DNA from: Thermoplasmata archaeon
GTDB taxonomy: Archaea > Thermoplasmatota > Thermoplasmata > RBG-16-68-12 > JAJISG01
Length of the DNA: 64,000 nucleotides
Direction of reading: 5' to 3'
Assembly: GCA_046758325.1 (NCBI GenBank)
Contig: JBHHZZ010000005.1
Coordinates: 150 to 64,149 of the forward strand
Shown here: positions 39,739 to 49,664 of the stretch, in pieces
How the letters are laid out: each line of letters begins with the position of its first letter
How positions within the stretch are numbered: the first letter of the stretch is position 1
The notes under the pieces: model-generated
Database searches by the model: none
What the model was told of the DNA's origin: nothing
Seen by the model: the letters and a program-made list of their open reading frames with translations, nothing else
Program-made: the position numbers and the translations under genes

Positions 39739-40650
39739 GTGCGTCTGGGACTTTTTGACGATTTCAAGCCCAAGGAGAAGCCTAAGGAGGAGGAGCCCGT
39801 AGTCGTCAAGACAGGGCTCAGGATATCCCCCCGGGAGGGAGAGGAGAAGAGGATGGTGACGGCCGGCGTCCAGGTGGAGTATCCCCTGATCGTGGAGAAC
39901 GTGGGGACGAGGGACGAGGCGATCTCCATCAAGGTCGATATGGTCCCTGGATCAGAAGTCTGCGAGCCCTCGGACTGGATTGTGAAGCTCTCGGGGGTGG
40001 AGGACAAGGTATGGGACATCACCTTCACGGGCATCTATGAGAAGGAGATGGATGTGCCGAAGGGTCAGTCCCGCGACCTCACCCTCTCCGTCACAGCTCC
40101 GCGGGGTGCCCGCTACGGCGACCGCCTCAACATCATCGTGACGATTACCTCCCAGGAGGATCCGGCTGTCTCCGACTCCGTTACCCTCTCCACGGGAACG
40201 AGGCAGACGGTCATGGCCGTGAAGACCTCCATAGGCCACGAGAGGCCCGTGGCGGACTCCGTAGCCTCCAGGGCGAAGGCCAGTGACGCCGGCATATACT
40301 CCGTCCTCTCCCCCACCACCATGCGTGGCTACGTCTTCGTCGAGGTCATGAACGCGGAGAAGCTGCAGCAGATGGTAAAGGGCATCCGCCGGGCCCGGGG
40401 CCTCGTGAGGGGAGAGACCAGCCTGGACGAGATTACCCACTTCCTCACGCCGAAGCCGCTGGTGTCTGGCATCATGGAGGGGGACATAGTGGAGCTAGTC
40501 TCCGGACCCTTCAAGGGAGAGAAGGCCAGGGTGATGCATATCGACGAGGCCAAAGAGGAGATCACGGTGGAGCTCTTCGAGGCCATGGTGCCCATCCCCG
40601 TGACTGTTCGGGGGGACAGCGTGCGGGTCATCGAGAAGGAGGAGAGGTAG
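39739..40650 (+). CDS. spt5: Transcription elongation factor Spt5 with N-terminal Ig-like extension
   Basis: NGN domain (VKTSIGHE, GYVFVE) and KOW (GDIVELVSGPFKGE) after ~155 extra residues. Confidence 0.92.
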   Translation: MRLGLFDDFKPKEKPKEEEPVVVKTGLRISPREGEEKRMVTAGVQVEYPLIVENVGTRDEAISIKVDMVPGSEVCEPSDWIVKLSGVEDKVWDITFTGIYEKEMDVPKGQSRDLTLSVTAPRGARYGDRLNIIVTITSQEDPAVSDSVTLSTGTRQTVMAVKTSIGHERPVADSVASRAKASDAGIYSVLSPTTMRGYVFVEVMNAEKLQQMVKGIRRARGLVRGETSLDEITHFLTPKPLVSGIMEGDIVELVSGPFKGEKARVMHIDEAKEEITVELFEAMVPIPVTVRGDSVRVIEKEER

Positions 40651-40651
40651 C

Positions 40652-41131
40652 TTGGTGGAGACCATAGACGTGCTCGTGGAGGGTGGGAAGGCCACTGCCG
40701 GCCCCCCCGTCGGTCCCGCCCTAGGACCCCTCGGCCTGAACATCATGCAGGTTGTCGAGGCTATCAACGAAAGGACCTCCAGTTTCGAGGGCATGAAAGT
40801 GCCCGTCAGGATATTCGTGGACCCTACCAGGGGGACCTTCGAACTAGAGGTGGGGACGCCGCCCACGTCGGCTCTCATCCTCAAGGAGACGGGAGAGGAG
40901 AAGGGGTCAGGAACTCCGGGAAGGGAGAGGATTGGCGACCTAACCCTCAAGCAGGTGGTGCGGATCGCCCGCATGAAGGCAGAGAACACCTTGGGTTCAG
41001 GACTCAAGGAAAAGGTCCTGGAGGTCCTGGGAACCTGCGTCTCCCTCGGCGTCGCCGTGGAGGGAAAGGGTCCGAGAGAGGTCCAGTCCGAAGTTCAGCA
41101 AGGACTTCACGATGAGTTTCTCGGTGGATGA
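40652..41131 (+). CDS. rpl11: 50S ribosomal protein uL11
   Basis: GGKATAGPPVGPALGP, GTCVSLG. Confidence 0.96.
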   Translation: MVETIDVLVEGGKATAGPPVGPALGPLGLNIMQVVEAINERTSSFEGMKVPVRIFVDPTRGTFELEVGTPPTSALILKETGEEKGSGTPGRERIGDLTLKQVVRIARMKAENTLGSGLKEKVLEVLGTCVSLGVAVEGKGPREVQSEVQQGLHDEFLGG

Positions 41132-41178
41132 CAACGGGAAGTAAACGGCCAAGAAAGGCTGATTCATGTTCTCTGGCC

Positions 41179-44100
41179 TTATTCCCCTCTCCGATTCCTT
41201 CTCACAACCAATACCACGGCTATTATGAGAATCGTTGCCGCGATGCCGAATATCGCGCCAGTAACCACTGCATCTCCCCAAGCCGCGGTCTCATCACCCA
41301 CCACGACCACATCTAGCCTCTGCTCGGTCCCCCTGTTTCCAAGGGCGTCGATAGCATAGTACAGAATAGTGACATCCTCCCGTACCTCGATTGGCCCGAC
41401 ATACTGATGCCATGTCCCACCGTCATCAAGGCTGTAATAGATGATTTCACCACCGACACCGAGGTCGCTAGCGCTCAGTGAGATTGTCTGACCCGGCTCG
41501 ATTTCCAGCGTGCCCGATGTGGTAGGGTCGGGCGCCACCGATACGGTGGGTGAGTAGTCGTCCACGAAGGCATTGTATGATGCTGTGAACCCCCTGTGGC
41601 CAAGCCTATCAACGGCATAGTAGTCTATGGTGTGGACTCCGACACCGTCCACCGTGAAATTGCCAGCATACTCCGTCCACGCCCCGGAGTCTATCCTATA
41701 CCAAATGGACATCACTCCCGCGCCGGCATCAGCGGCGGAGAGGCTGAACTCTGTAGAGGATGTGACGTAGGTTGGAGAGAATCCATACCGCGGTTCGCCA
41801 ATCGCAAGGATGCTTGTCGGGGCGTCGTCGTCCACAACAACCTCGAACGACTGTATCACTTCGGTGTTGCCTACATTGTCGATGGCATAGTAGTCTATGG
41901 TGTGGACTCCGACACCGTCCACCGTGAAATTGCCAGCATACTCCGTCCACGCCCCGGAGTCTATCCGATACCATATCGACGCAACCCCTGCCCCGCCGTC
42001 GACCGTCGTCAAGCTGAACTCCGTAGACGCGTTCACATAGGTCGGAGACGCACCGTACTGAGGCTGTCCGACCTCAAGCATGCTCGTGGGAACCTCGTCG
42101 TCCACGAGAATGTCGTATGATTGTATGGGCACGTCATGTCCCAGGTAGCTTGTTCCATAGTAGCGGATTGTGTGTTCGCCTGCAGAACTCACGGTGAAGT
42201 TCCCTGCATACAGTGTCCAAGCATCGAGGTCTATCCGATACCATATCGAAGCTAGTCCCTTGTCGACGTCCTCGCCAGATAGGTTGAACTCAGTCGATGA
42301 AGTCACGTAGGTCGGCGACGTGCCGTACTGTGGCTGGCCGACGGTTATGTTTGGTATGCTCCCTTGATTTACAGTGTCGACAGCATCGCGGATGGTTTGC
42401 CAGAGATTCTTGTCTTCAGCTAGGGCGTAGGTGAAGAGAAAAACCTCACTGGCACCCGCCTCCTTGACCCAACTTATGTTCTGTCCGAACCACCCTTCAT
42501 CCCCGATCTCAACGTCATAGAGATAAAGGGAAGTGACGATCCTCCTGGCGCCAGCATCCCGTAGCCAACCTATCGCCGTCTTTATGCCTTCCTCACCAAA
42601 CCCCAACATGAGATAGGGCGCGTCGACGGCCTCCGCTATTCCCTCCCAATCGTACCCATTGTCCCAGTAGACCCACGGGTGTGACATAAGATGCGGCCTT
42701 AGAGGAATATCGGACCCCGCATCGCGGATATACTGCTGCAACAGGCTCAGAAGCTCTGTTACCTGCCCAGCCCTCCAGACATACCACATGTCCAAGAGCG
42801 TCTGATTGTCCTTTGTGAACTGCGCTCTCTCCGGAATGGTATCGCCCGGAACCGAGACGTTTGTCTCGTTCTCAAACTTATTCACTGTAAAATTGTCAAA
42901 GCTCGCATCGTACAGGAATTGGAAATCGTCGTTGATGTCGATGCCGTCGAAGCCCAGGTCGACCAGTTCCCCCATCAAGCCTTTCAACTGGGCAAGGTAT
43001 TCCGGAGCACCGAGGACTCGCGATGGCGGAATGATCGGCCAGTAATCGGCAGGCGTGCCGTTCGATAGGATCTGAATCCACTCCGGATGCCGCGATTCGT
43101 TCAGCCAATACGAATTGGGCATAGCCAACCACGCATAAACCTTCAAGCCTTGAGTATGGGCGTAGTCGACGACTTCCCTAATATGATCATCAGGCATCCA
43201 TTCTGGCTTAGGCAAGTATTCTGAGGGCCACAGTGCAACTCCACTCCCCACCGATATGAGAACGGCCGAGCCCCCTACGCCTTTGATCTTCTCGACTCCG
43301 AGGGTATAGTCGCACAGAGCTTGCCATTGCTCGCAGATCAGATAGGTGCCCAGGACAAAGGTGTCCAGTACCACATTTGTGACGATGCTTATCGAATCTT
43401 CAGAGCCTAGGATTCTATCAGAGGTTACTGTAACAACGACGGTGTACTTCCCCAGGTCAGCGTCTCCCACCGTTAAGGTTACGTTAGTTGAAGAACCCGG
43501 TCCCAGATCTGTGATCGAGGTCTGAGTCAGTTCCGCCATACTTGCGTTGTCAACATTGTCTACCGTCAGGGTAAAGTTGTCAGATACATTCCCGTCATTG
43601 GTCACAACGATCTCGTACGCAGCGTTCGTGGTGGTGTTTACCACCTGATGCCCTGGATGTGTCAGACGAACTCTGTAGAGTCCTGAGTCGACGAAGAACT
43701 GTCTGGTCTCGGATTGTACTTCATTGATCCCGTCAGATGCCCTGACGTGCCAGTAGTAGGTCCCCTGTCTCAGCCTGTAATGGTCCTTGATTTCCTGAGC
43801 GCTGAGGGCTCTACTGTACACGGCCACTTCGTCTATTGTCCCGTTGAAAAAATCACCAAACCAATAATTGGCCTTGCCTATGGTCCAAGGTCTGTCAAGA
43901 TCACTTACTCCGTTCACAACCGTAGCATTATCTCTCTCTTGCCCGTCGACATACAGCCTTAAGGTCTGATTATCATAGGTTGCCGCGACGTGATGCCACA
44001 CGCCCACGTGAGTTCCGGCTGGCAATTCGTATGAAACAATGGGCTGGATCGTTCTGTTGCCCACCCAAGCGTGGATATACCCCCAGCTGTACTGAACTCT

Positions 44101-44817
44101 CAAGTAAGTCTCGTTATTCCCCCACCCCACTCTTCCAGCAATATAACCAATGTGGCCAGACAGATCCGGGTTTATCCAAGCTTCTACGCTTCTGTCAGCC
44201 GAATTGAACTCGGGACTGTGGGCAACCTCGACGTAATCATCCACCCTATCGTACTTGAAGGCTCCAGCAAATTTGCCGCCGGTCTGGTCAAAGATTGCAC
44301 CACCGTAGACGGTTCCGTTGTTCCCATTCCCACTCGAATCGTAGACGATTGTGTCATTCTCTCCATATTCGCTTCTTCCATCGAAGTGCAGCAACAGCAC
44401 CGTACTAGGATTGGGAGTGATGGGCAGTGAGTCCAGATCATAGGTTGATGTGGTTCCACTGGCTACGTTGGTCTCCCGGTAGACCAGTCGATGTGCTTCC
44501 GAGATATTCAGGCTCTCGTCGGCAAGGAATCTGATCGTCATTGCTTCATCATCCTCATCGCTGAAGGTGGCGTTGAGAATGATGTTCAAAGCCCCCTGAG
44601 TGAAGTTGGTGTTGTTCGGGGGGCCGTTAAGCGTTATGGTTGGGGCCTTCAGAGAATGAACAACATCGTCAGGGTGAACGCCAGCAGGTGGAAGGGACTC
44701 ACTCATCAGGTCACCATGTTGGTATGCTTGTGGACTCGTCATCATAATGGCAAGCGACACCACTATGACAGCCGCAACTCCTCTCTTCACTTCATCCCAT
44801 TTCATCGATTCCATCAT
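41179..44817 (-). CDS. Large membrane-anchored surface protein: signal peptide, LamG-like domain, Ig-like domain, putative glycoside hydrolase TIM barrel, about four beta-sandwich repeats, C-terminal TM
   Basis: WHHVAATYD/FNGTIDEV (LamG); YAHTQGLKVYAW, HPEW, GFDGIDIND (GH-like); repeats WYRID...GxHTIxYYAxD; TM plus RRNRR tail. Confidence 0.8.
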   Translation of the reverse strand: MMESMKWDEVKRGVAAVIVVSLAIMMTSPQAYQHGDLMSESLPPAGVHPDDVVHSLKAPTITLNGPPNNTNFTQGALNIILNATFSDEDDEAMTIRFLADESLNISEAHRLVYRETNVASGTTSTYDLDSLPITPNPSTVLLLHFDGRSEYGENDTIVYDSSGNGNNGTVYGGAIFDQTGGKFAGAFKYDRVDDYVEVAHSPEFNSADRSVEAWINPDLSGHIGYIAGRVGWGNNETYLRVQYSWGYIHAWVGNRTIQPIVSYELPAGTHVGVWHHVAATYDNQTLRLYVDGQERDNATVVNGVSDLDRPWTIGKANYWFGDFFNGTIDEVAVYSRALSAQEIKDHYRLRQGTYYWHVRASDGINEVQSETRQFFVDSGLYRVRLTHPGHQVVNTTTNAAYEIVVTNDGNVSDNFTLTVDNVDNASMAELTQTSITDLGPGSSTNVTLTVGDADLGKYTVVVTVTSDRILGSEDSISIVTNVVLDTFVLGTYLICEQWQALCDYTLGVEKIKGVGGSAVLISVGSGVALWPSEYLPKPEWMPDDHIREVVDYAHTQGLKVYAWLAMPNSYWLNESRHPEWIQILSNGTPADYWPIIPPSRVLGAPEYLAQLKGLMGELVDLGFDGIDINDDFQFLYDASFDNFTVNKFENETNVSVPGDTIPERAQFTKDNQTLLDMWYVWRAGQVTELLSLLQQYIRDAGSDIPLRPHLMSHPWVYWDNGYDWEGIAEAVDAPYLMLGFGEEGIKTAIGWLRDAGARRIVTSLYLYDVEIGDEGWFGQNISWVKEAGASEVFLFTYALAEDKNLWQTIRDAVDTVNQGSIPNITVGQPQYGTSPTYVTSSTEFNLSGEDVDKGLASIWYRIDLDAWTLYAGNFTVSSAGEHTIRYYGTSYLGHDVPIQSYDILVDDEVPTSMLEVGQPQYGASPTYVNASTEFSLTTVDGGAGVASIWYRIDSGAWTEYAGNFTVDGVGVHTIDYYAIDNVGNTEVIQSFEVVVDDDAPTSILAIGEPRYGFSPTYVTSSTEFSLSAADAGAGVMSIWYRIDSGAWTEYAGNFTVDGVGVHTIDYYAVDRLGHRGFTASYNAFVDDYSPTVSVAPDPTTSGTLEIEPGQTISLSASDLGVGGEIIYYSLDDGGTWHQYVGPIEVREDVTILYYAIDALGNRGTEQRLDVVVVGDETAAWGDAVVTGAIFGIAATILIIAVVLVVRRNRRGE
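41614..41966. repeat. Intragenic 83-bp direct repeat (41614-41696 and 41884-41966)
   Basis: Identical by eye, 270-bp (90-aa) period. Confidence 0.85.
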
Positions 44818-45152
44818 CTTTTCCTTGGCCAGTACGAAAATCGTTAGTATGACTATAAAAGAGTACTTGCCCGGGTCTCAGACTCGATTATCAACCTCAC
44901 TGTCACGAGTTTCCGATAGTGCGTTTCCGTCATCCATGTCGAAGCAGGTGATCCCCTTTTGGACACCAAGGAGGTTGCACAGCGCAGACCGATTACCCAT
45001 TCATCGGTGCTAGAGCTGGTTTTCCAGCAATGTGGTTCGTTCCCAGCCCCGTGTCAATTCAGCAGATGCCGAGCTTCTCCCTCCTCCTGGCCTAGGCCGG
45101 GAGAATCCCGAACGGTTCCAAAAGCTTATATTCCCCGTCCATCATGGTATGG

Positions 45153-45190
45153 CCTCCTGTAGGAGGCGGTGGCCGCTGGTACTACAGAGG
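45153..45190 (+). promoter_or_regulatory. Putative uL1-binding autoregulatory leader upstream of rpl1
   Basis: CUGUAG-GAG-GCGG(UGG)CCGC-UGGUA-CUACAG resembles the 23S L1-stalk GUAGGAG...UACUAC site; BRE/TATA AAAAGCTTATA at ~45120-45130. Confidence 0.6.
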
Positions 45191-45191
45191 G

Positions 45192-45836
45192 ATGTATTTG
45201 GCCGACAAGAAGCTCGTTGAAGCAATCGAAAAGGCCCTAAAGGAGGCCAAACCCAGGAACTTCAAAGAGAGCGTGGAGATATCTATCAACCTGAAGGACG
45301 TCGACCTCACCCTGCCCCGAAACAGAATCGAGGGCGAGGTTGTCCTTCCGAAGGGAAGGGGGAAGGAGGTCAAGGTTGCCCTCTTTGCCAGCGGGGAGAT
45401 GGCCGTTAAGGCGCGGGGGGTCGCAGACCTCATAGTGCCCCCCGAGGAGATTGAGGGTCTGGCAGAGGAGAAGGCCAAGGCGAAGAGGCTCGCAAGAGAG
45501 TACGACTTCTTCGTCGCCGAGGCCCCCCTGATGCCTGCCGTTGGCCGACGTCTGGGAACCGTCCTCGGACCCCGGGGAAAGATGCCCCGCCCCATCCCAC
45601 CCGGAACGGATCCGGTCCCCACCATCAAGAGCCTGAAAAACGCCGTCAAGCTCCGTTCGAAGGACAAGCCCACCTTCCATGCCCCCGTCGGGACGAGGGA
45701 CATGAAGCCCGGCGACCTGGCAGAGAACGTGGAGACCATTCTGAAGAGGGTGGAGGCGAAGCTGCCCCGGGGCCGTTTCAACATAGGCTCCGTATACGTG
45801 AAGACCACCATGGGACCTGCCGTGAGGATGATGTAG
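45192..45836 (+). CDS. rpl1: 50S ribosomal protein uL1
   Basis: RNFKESVE, LGPRGKMP, KTTMGP. Confidence 0.96.
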   Translation: MYLADKKLVEAIEKALKEAKPRNFKESVEISINLKDVDLTLPRNRIEGEVVLPKGRGKEVKVALFASGEMAVKARGVADLIVPPEEIEGLAEEKAKAKRLAREYDFFVAEAPLMPAVGRRLGTVLGPRGKMPRPIPPGTDPVPTIKSLKNAVKLRSKDKPTFHAPVGTRDMKPGDLAENVETILKRVEAKLPRGRFNIGSVYVKTTMGPAVRMM

Positions 45837-46829
45837 ATGGCGGAAACCGCGGTGCATCCAAGAAAGGCTCAGATTGCCGAGGAACTGAAGGAGTTGCTCG
45901 TCGGGAGCCGAGTGGTGGGCCTAGTCGGCGTGACGGGCATCCCTGCCCCGCAGATGCAGAAGATCCGGGCCGGACTCAGAGACAGGGTCGAGCTGAGGGT
46001 TGTGAAGAACAGGCTGTTGCTCAGGGCCCTGGAGGCAGCGGCCAAGGAGATGAAGGGCGTGGAGAAGCTGGAGGACCTCATCCATGGGCAGACGGCCCTG
46101 GTCCTGACGGACTCCAACCCTTTCAAGCTCTTCAAGGAGCTGGAGGCGACCAAGACGAAGGCTCCCGCCAGAGGTGGCGAGATCGCTCCCGAGGACATCG
46201 AGGTGAAGGAAGGGGACACCCCCTTCAAGCCTGGTCCCGTGGTGGGAGATCTGCAGAAGGCGGGAATTCCTGCCGCCATCGAAGGAGGAAAGGTCGTAAT
46301 AAAGAAGGACAAGGTCCTGGTGGAGAAGGGCCAGAGGATTCCCAGGAATGTGGCTCAGGTCCTCGCCAGGCTGGAGATCTTCCCGATGACGGTGGGCCTG
46401 GACCTGCGGGGCGTCTACGAGGATGGCCGCCTCTTCACCAGGGACGTGCTGGCAGTGGACGATGAGGAGATACGACGACAGATGATCACTGCGTTCCTCA
46501 GCGGCGTGAGCCTATCCCTGGCCATCGCCTTTCCGACCAGGTCTACGGTCGTCCTGCTGCTGGCGGACGCCCACCGTAGGGCCTTGGGTCTGGGTGTGGC
46601 CATGAGGTTCCCCGAGGAGGAAGTGCTTCCTCACTTGCTTTCCCGGGCCCATGCGGAGGTCACCGCCTTGGCATCGAGGGTTCCGGAGGCCCTGGGCAAG
46701 GACCAGGGGGCCGTGGTTGAGTCGCCTCCCCTAGAGGAGGCGTCAGAAGAGAAGACCCGAAAGAAGGAAGAAGAGAAAGGTGAAGGGGAGGAAGAGGCCG
46801 CTGCGGGCCTTAACTCCCTCTCAGAATGA
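45837..46829 (+). CDS. rpl10: 50S ribosomal protein uL10/aP0
   Basis: [31 protein letters not shown]. Confidence 0.95.
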   Translation: MAETAVHPRKAQIAEELKELLVGSRVVGLVGVTGIPAPQMQKIRAGLRDRVELRVVKNRLLLRALEAAAKEMKGVEKLEDLIHGQTALVLTDSNPFKLFKELEATKTKAPARGGEIAPEDIEVKEGDTPFKPGPVVGDLQKAGIPAAIEGGKVVIKKDKVLVEKGQRIPRNVAQVLARLEIFPMTVGLDLRGVYEDGRLFTRDVLAVDDEEIRRQMITAFLSGVSLSLAIAFPTRSTVVLLLADAHRRALGLGVAMRFPEEEVLPHLLSRAHAEVTALASRVPEALGKDQGAVVESPPLEEASEEKTRKKEEEKGEGEEEAAAGLNSLSE

Positions 46830-46848
46830 GGATCCAGGAGGTGAACGA

Positions 46849-47154
46849 ATGGAGTACATATACGGAGCGATGCTCCTGCACGCTGCGGGAAAGGAGGTCA
46901 AAGAGACAAGCCTGAAAAAGGTCCTGAAGGCTGCTGGTATAGAGCCAGACGAGACTAGAGTGAAGGCCCTCACAGCCGCCTTGGAGGGAGTGGACATCGA
47001 GGAAGCCATCAAGAGCGCCACCCTCGCACCCGCCGCTCCTGCACCCGTCGCAGCGGAGAAGAAAGAGGAGAAGAAGGAAAAGAAGAAAGAAGAGGAGGAG
47101 AAGGTAACCGAGGAGGAGGCAGCCGCGGGCCTCGGTGCCCTGTTCGGCTTCTGA
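46849..47154 (+). CDS. rpl12: Stalk protein aP1 (L12)
   Basis: [35 protein letters not shown]. Confidence 0.96.
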   Translation: MEYIYGAMLLHAAGKEVKETSLKKVLKAAGIEPDETRVKALTAALEGVDIEEAIKSATLAPAAPAPVAAEKKEEKKEKKKEEEEKVTEEEAAAGLGALFGF

Positions 47155-47400
47155 ACCCTCTTCAGGGACCTTCCCAGACTCGGGTCCGCATCGACACTCG
47201 TCGTATCAGGGCCCACAGGCAAGGAAGGGGGCCTTCGCGTCTCCGAGGCTCCTCCTCCCACTCAGACGCGAGTCTTCTAACAAAATCATCAGCCTCAGAG
47301 AGAGCGAGGTGTCCGGCTTGGGAACACGTGGGGAAGGCTTCCTCCCGGGCGAATGAGATTCAATCATGGAGTGGACCTTCCGGCCACCCTCAAGGAGCCT

Positions 47401-48333
47401 CTACCCATCCTCTGAGGTCTCTGAGCCAAGACCACGTGCCACCGGCTCCACGTGAACTGTCGCTTCTGCCTTCAGCTCCTCCCTGATCTTGATTTCCACT
47501 CCAGACGCTATCTCGTGGGCCTCTTCGATGCTGAGGTGGTTGTCTACATCTACCGTGAGGGCCACAGCCTTCCGGAAGCCGTAGTCATGGACGGAGATAT
47601 CGTGTACCTTCCTCACTCCTGGGAGGGTCGAGGCAAGGTCCATGATATGCCTGACGAAGACCTCGCTGGGAGCCCTGCCCAGTAGACGGTCGCCAGCCGA
47701 GCGTAGCAGTCTTCCGCCGGTGTAGAGGATGATCCCGGACACGATGATACCGAAAAGGGGGTCCAGGATTCGCAGGGATCCACTCCAGCTCGTCATGTAT
47801 ATGGCCAAGGCGATGGCCCCCGTGAGCATTGCGTCATACCTGTGATTCCATGCGTCCCCCCGGACGACGTCGCTGTCTATCCGCTCGGCGATAGCGAAGG
47901 AGAAGCGGGCGAGGATCTCCTTGACCCCTGCCAGAACGCCTAGGATGAGGGCGAAGACCAGGCTACCGCGAATCGAGGGGTTGAAGAGTTCCCTCACGGA
48001 CTGCAGCAGGAGAAGAACGGCCACGAAGACCAGGAAGGCCGCCACCAGGAGGGCAGCCACATCCTCCAGCCTCCCGTGTCCGAAAGGATGCTCCCGATCC
48101 GCCTCTTTTCCGGCGTATCTGAATGCGAGGAGGATCATGAGGGATATGCCCACGTCTCCCAGCTGGTTGAAGGCGTCCGTGAGGACAGCCACGCTCCCCA
48201 GGAAGGAGGCAATGAAGATCTTTGAGGAAAACAGGGACATGTTGACCACAATGGCCACGGTGGACTGGAAATACCCATACCGGGCCCTCGTCCTAGGGTC
48301 CGACGCGTCGCCCAGATCAGGTAGGAAACCCAC
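47401..48333 (-). CDS. Cation diffusion facilitator (FieF-like)
   Basis: DREHPFGHGR, HRYD, HDYG, EAHEI, VHVEP. Confidence 0.9.
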   Translation of the reverse strand: MGFLPDLGDASDPRTRARYGYFQSTVAIVVNMSLFSSKIFIASFLGSVAVLTDAFNQLGDVGISLMILLAFRYAGKEADREHPFGHGRLEDVAALLVAAFLVFVAVLLLLQSVRELFNPSIRGSLVFALILGVLAGVKEILARFSFAIAERIDSDVVRGDAWNHRYDAMLTGAIALAIYMTSWSGSLRILDPLFGIIVSGIILYTGGRLLRSAGDRLLGRAPSEVFVRHIMDLASTLPGVRKVHDISVHDYGFRKAVALTVDVDNHLSIEEAHEIASGVEIKIREELKAEATVHVEPVARGLGSETSEDG

Positions 48334-48472
48334 AGGTGAAGATAACTCCCCCCTACTTAGAAATTGACCATCCAGGGAAGGCCTACGTCCTGCAGCAACT
48401 ACCTACGCGCGGGTGATGAGAGAACTCTTGCTGAGCGCGCTGCCGCGACGAGGATCTTGAGTGCTGATTCCC

Positions 48473-48790
48473 TCATAGCTTCCCCTCCTTGGCCCGTTTC
48501 TGAAGCCGCGCCCTCCTCTGCTTCGAGGTGAACCCGGTGGCTCTCTCCAGGAAGGCGTTGTAGGCGCGAACGGTCTCCCCCGCCGTCTGGTTGTCCACGT
48601 CTCTGCTCATATCCATCTCTACATAGAGGAACTTGCCGTCCGTCCAGACAGCCATATCCCTTATGGCGCCGTAGCTGACGCGCATCCTCCCCTCAACCCC
48701 ATCTACCTCCCCAAATCCCCTAAGGATTCGTCTGAGGCCATCACCCTCCAGCTCCCTGAAGTGTCCCCTCTTGATGTCGTAGGTCTGCAT
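48473..48790 (-). CDS. Conserved archaeal protein (DUF5611-like)
   Basis: MQTYDIKRG start, YNAFLERATGFTSKQR. Confidence 0.65.
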   Translation of the reverse strand: MQTYDIKRGHFRELEGDGLRRILRGFGEVDGVEGRMRVSYGAIRDMAVWTDGKFLYVEMDMSRDVDNQTAGETVRAYNAFLERATGFTSKQRRARLQKRAKEGKL

Positions 48791-48965
48791 TCTCAGTCCG
48801 ATATCTCCAATCCGAGGCCAATCAAAAAGACTTCGACTTCTATTGGAGCAATGGTTGAACCCTTAAGGCAAGTATGCATTAGCTTGGGGCCCTATGCCAA
48901 CAGCCTGGTCGATGAAAGCCCAATCTAGGACTTCAAAGCCCACGAGATTTCGGCCCCCGCTCTTC

Positions 48966-49664
48966 ATGACCGTCTCCCTATTGCTTTTGATTACGCTGAT
49001 CCTGCCTCCCCATGTAGCAGCTCGCTGCTTCGGGGTACCCGAGGGGACCGAGGAACCAAGAACGGAAGGAGTCTGGTCCTTGGAAATAGAGGTGACTAGC
49101 TCCAACGGCTACAAGGCCTCTGCCATCCTCGGCGTCGATTCTGGGGCAACGGAGGGCTATGACCGTGATTTCGATGCCGTGGAGCCCCTCTTCCAGTTCC
49201 AGCCTCGGGGAGGTGACGTTGAACTCACCCTTTACGCTTATTTCTACTACCCCGATAACCCGGAGACGGCGCTGGGCAGCTCTATGGATCCTGAGGCCAC
49301 CGTGGGACTTACGACGAGCGTCATCGACCCCAAGGATAACATGACGTGGCCTCTTCAAGTGGCCTACCTCTTGGAGGAGGACGCAGTCATAAGTCTTACC
49401 TGGGAGCCAAACGTGACCAGGCAGCTCGGCGGATACTCAATAGAGCTCTTCACTCCCTTCGGTGAGGTCCTGCCCATGGCCAAGATCTCCAACTACTCCT
49501 TCGCAGCGAGCCGCGGGGTCTATGACTTCACGGTAAGGGCCTTGGCGGAGACGGAGGAACGGGGGGCCGAACAGCAGATAATCGGCGGCGTAATCACGGC
49601 CTATGCTCTCGTGGTGGCAATCATTCTGGGTCTGAGGCGACTGAGGAAGGGTCGGAGATCTTAA
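48966..49664 (+). CDS. Hypothetical secreted, C-terminally anchored protein
   Basis: Signal-like N-terminus, beta-rich body, TM plus basic tail. Confidence 0.65.
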   Translation: MTVSLLLLITLILPPHVAARCFGVPEGTEEPRTEGVWSLEIEVTSSNGYKASAILGVDSGATEGYDRDFDAVEPLFQFQPRGGDVELTLYAYFYYPDNPETALGSSMDPEATVGLTTSVIDPKDNMTWPLQVAYLLEEDAVISLTWEPNVTRQLGGYSIELFTPFGEVLPMAKISNYSFAASRGVYDFTVRALAETEERGAEQQIIGGVITAYALVVAIILGLRRLRKGRRS

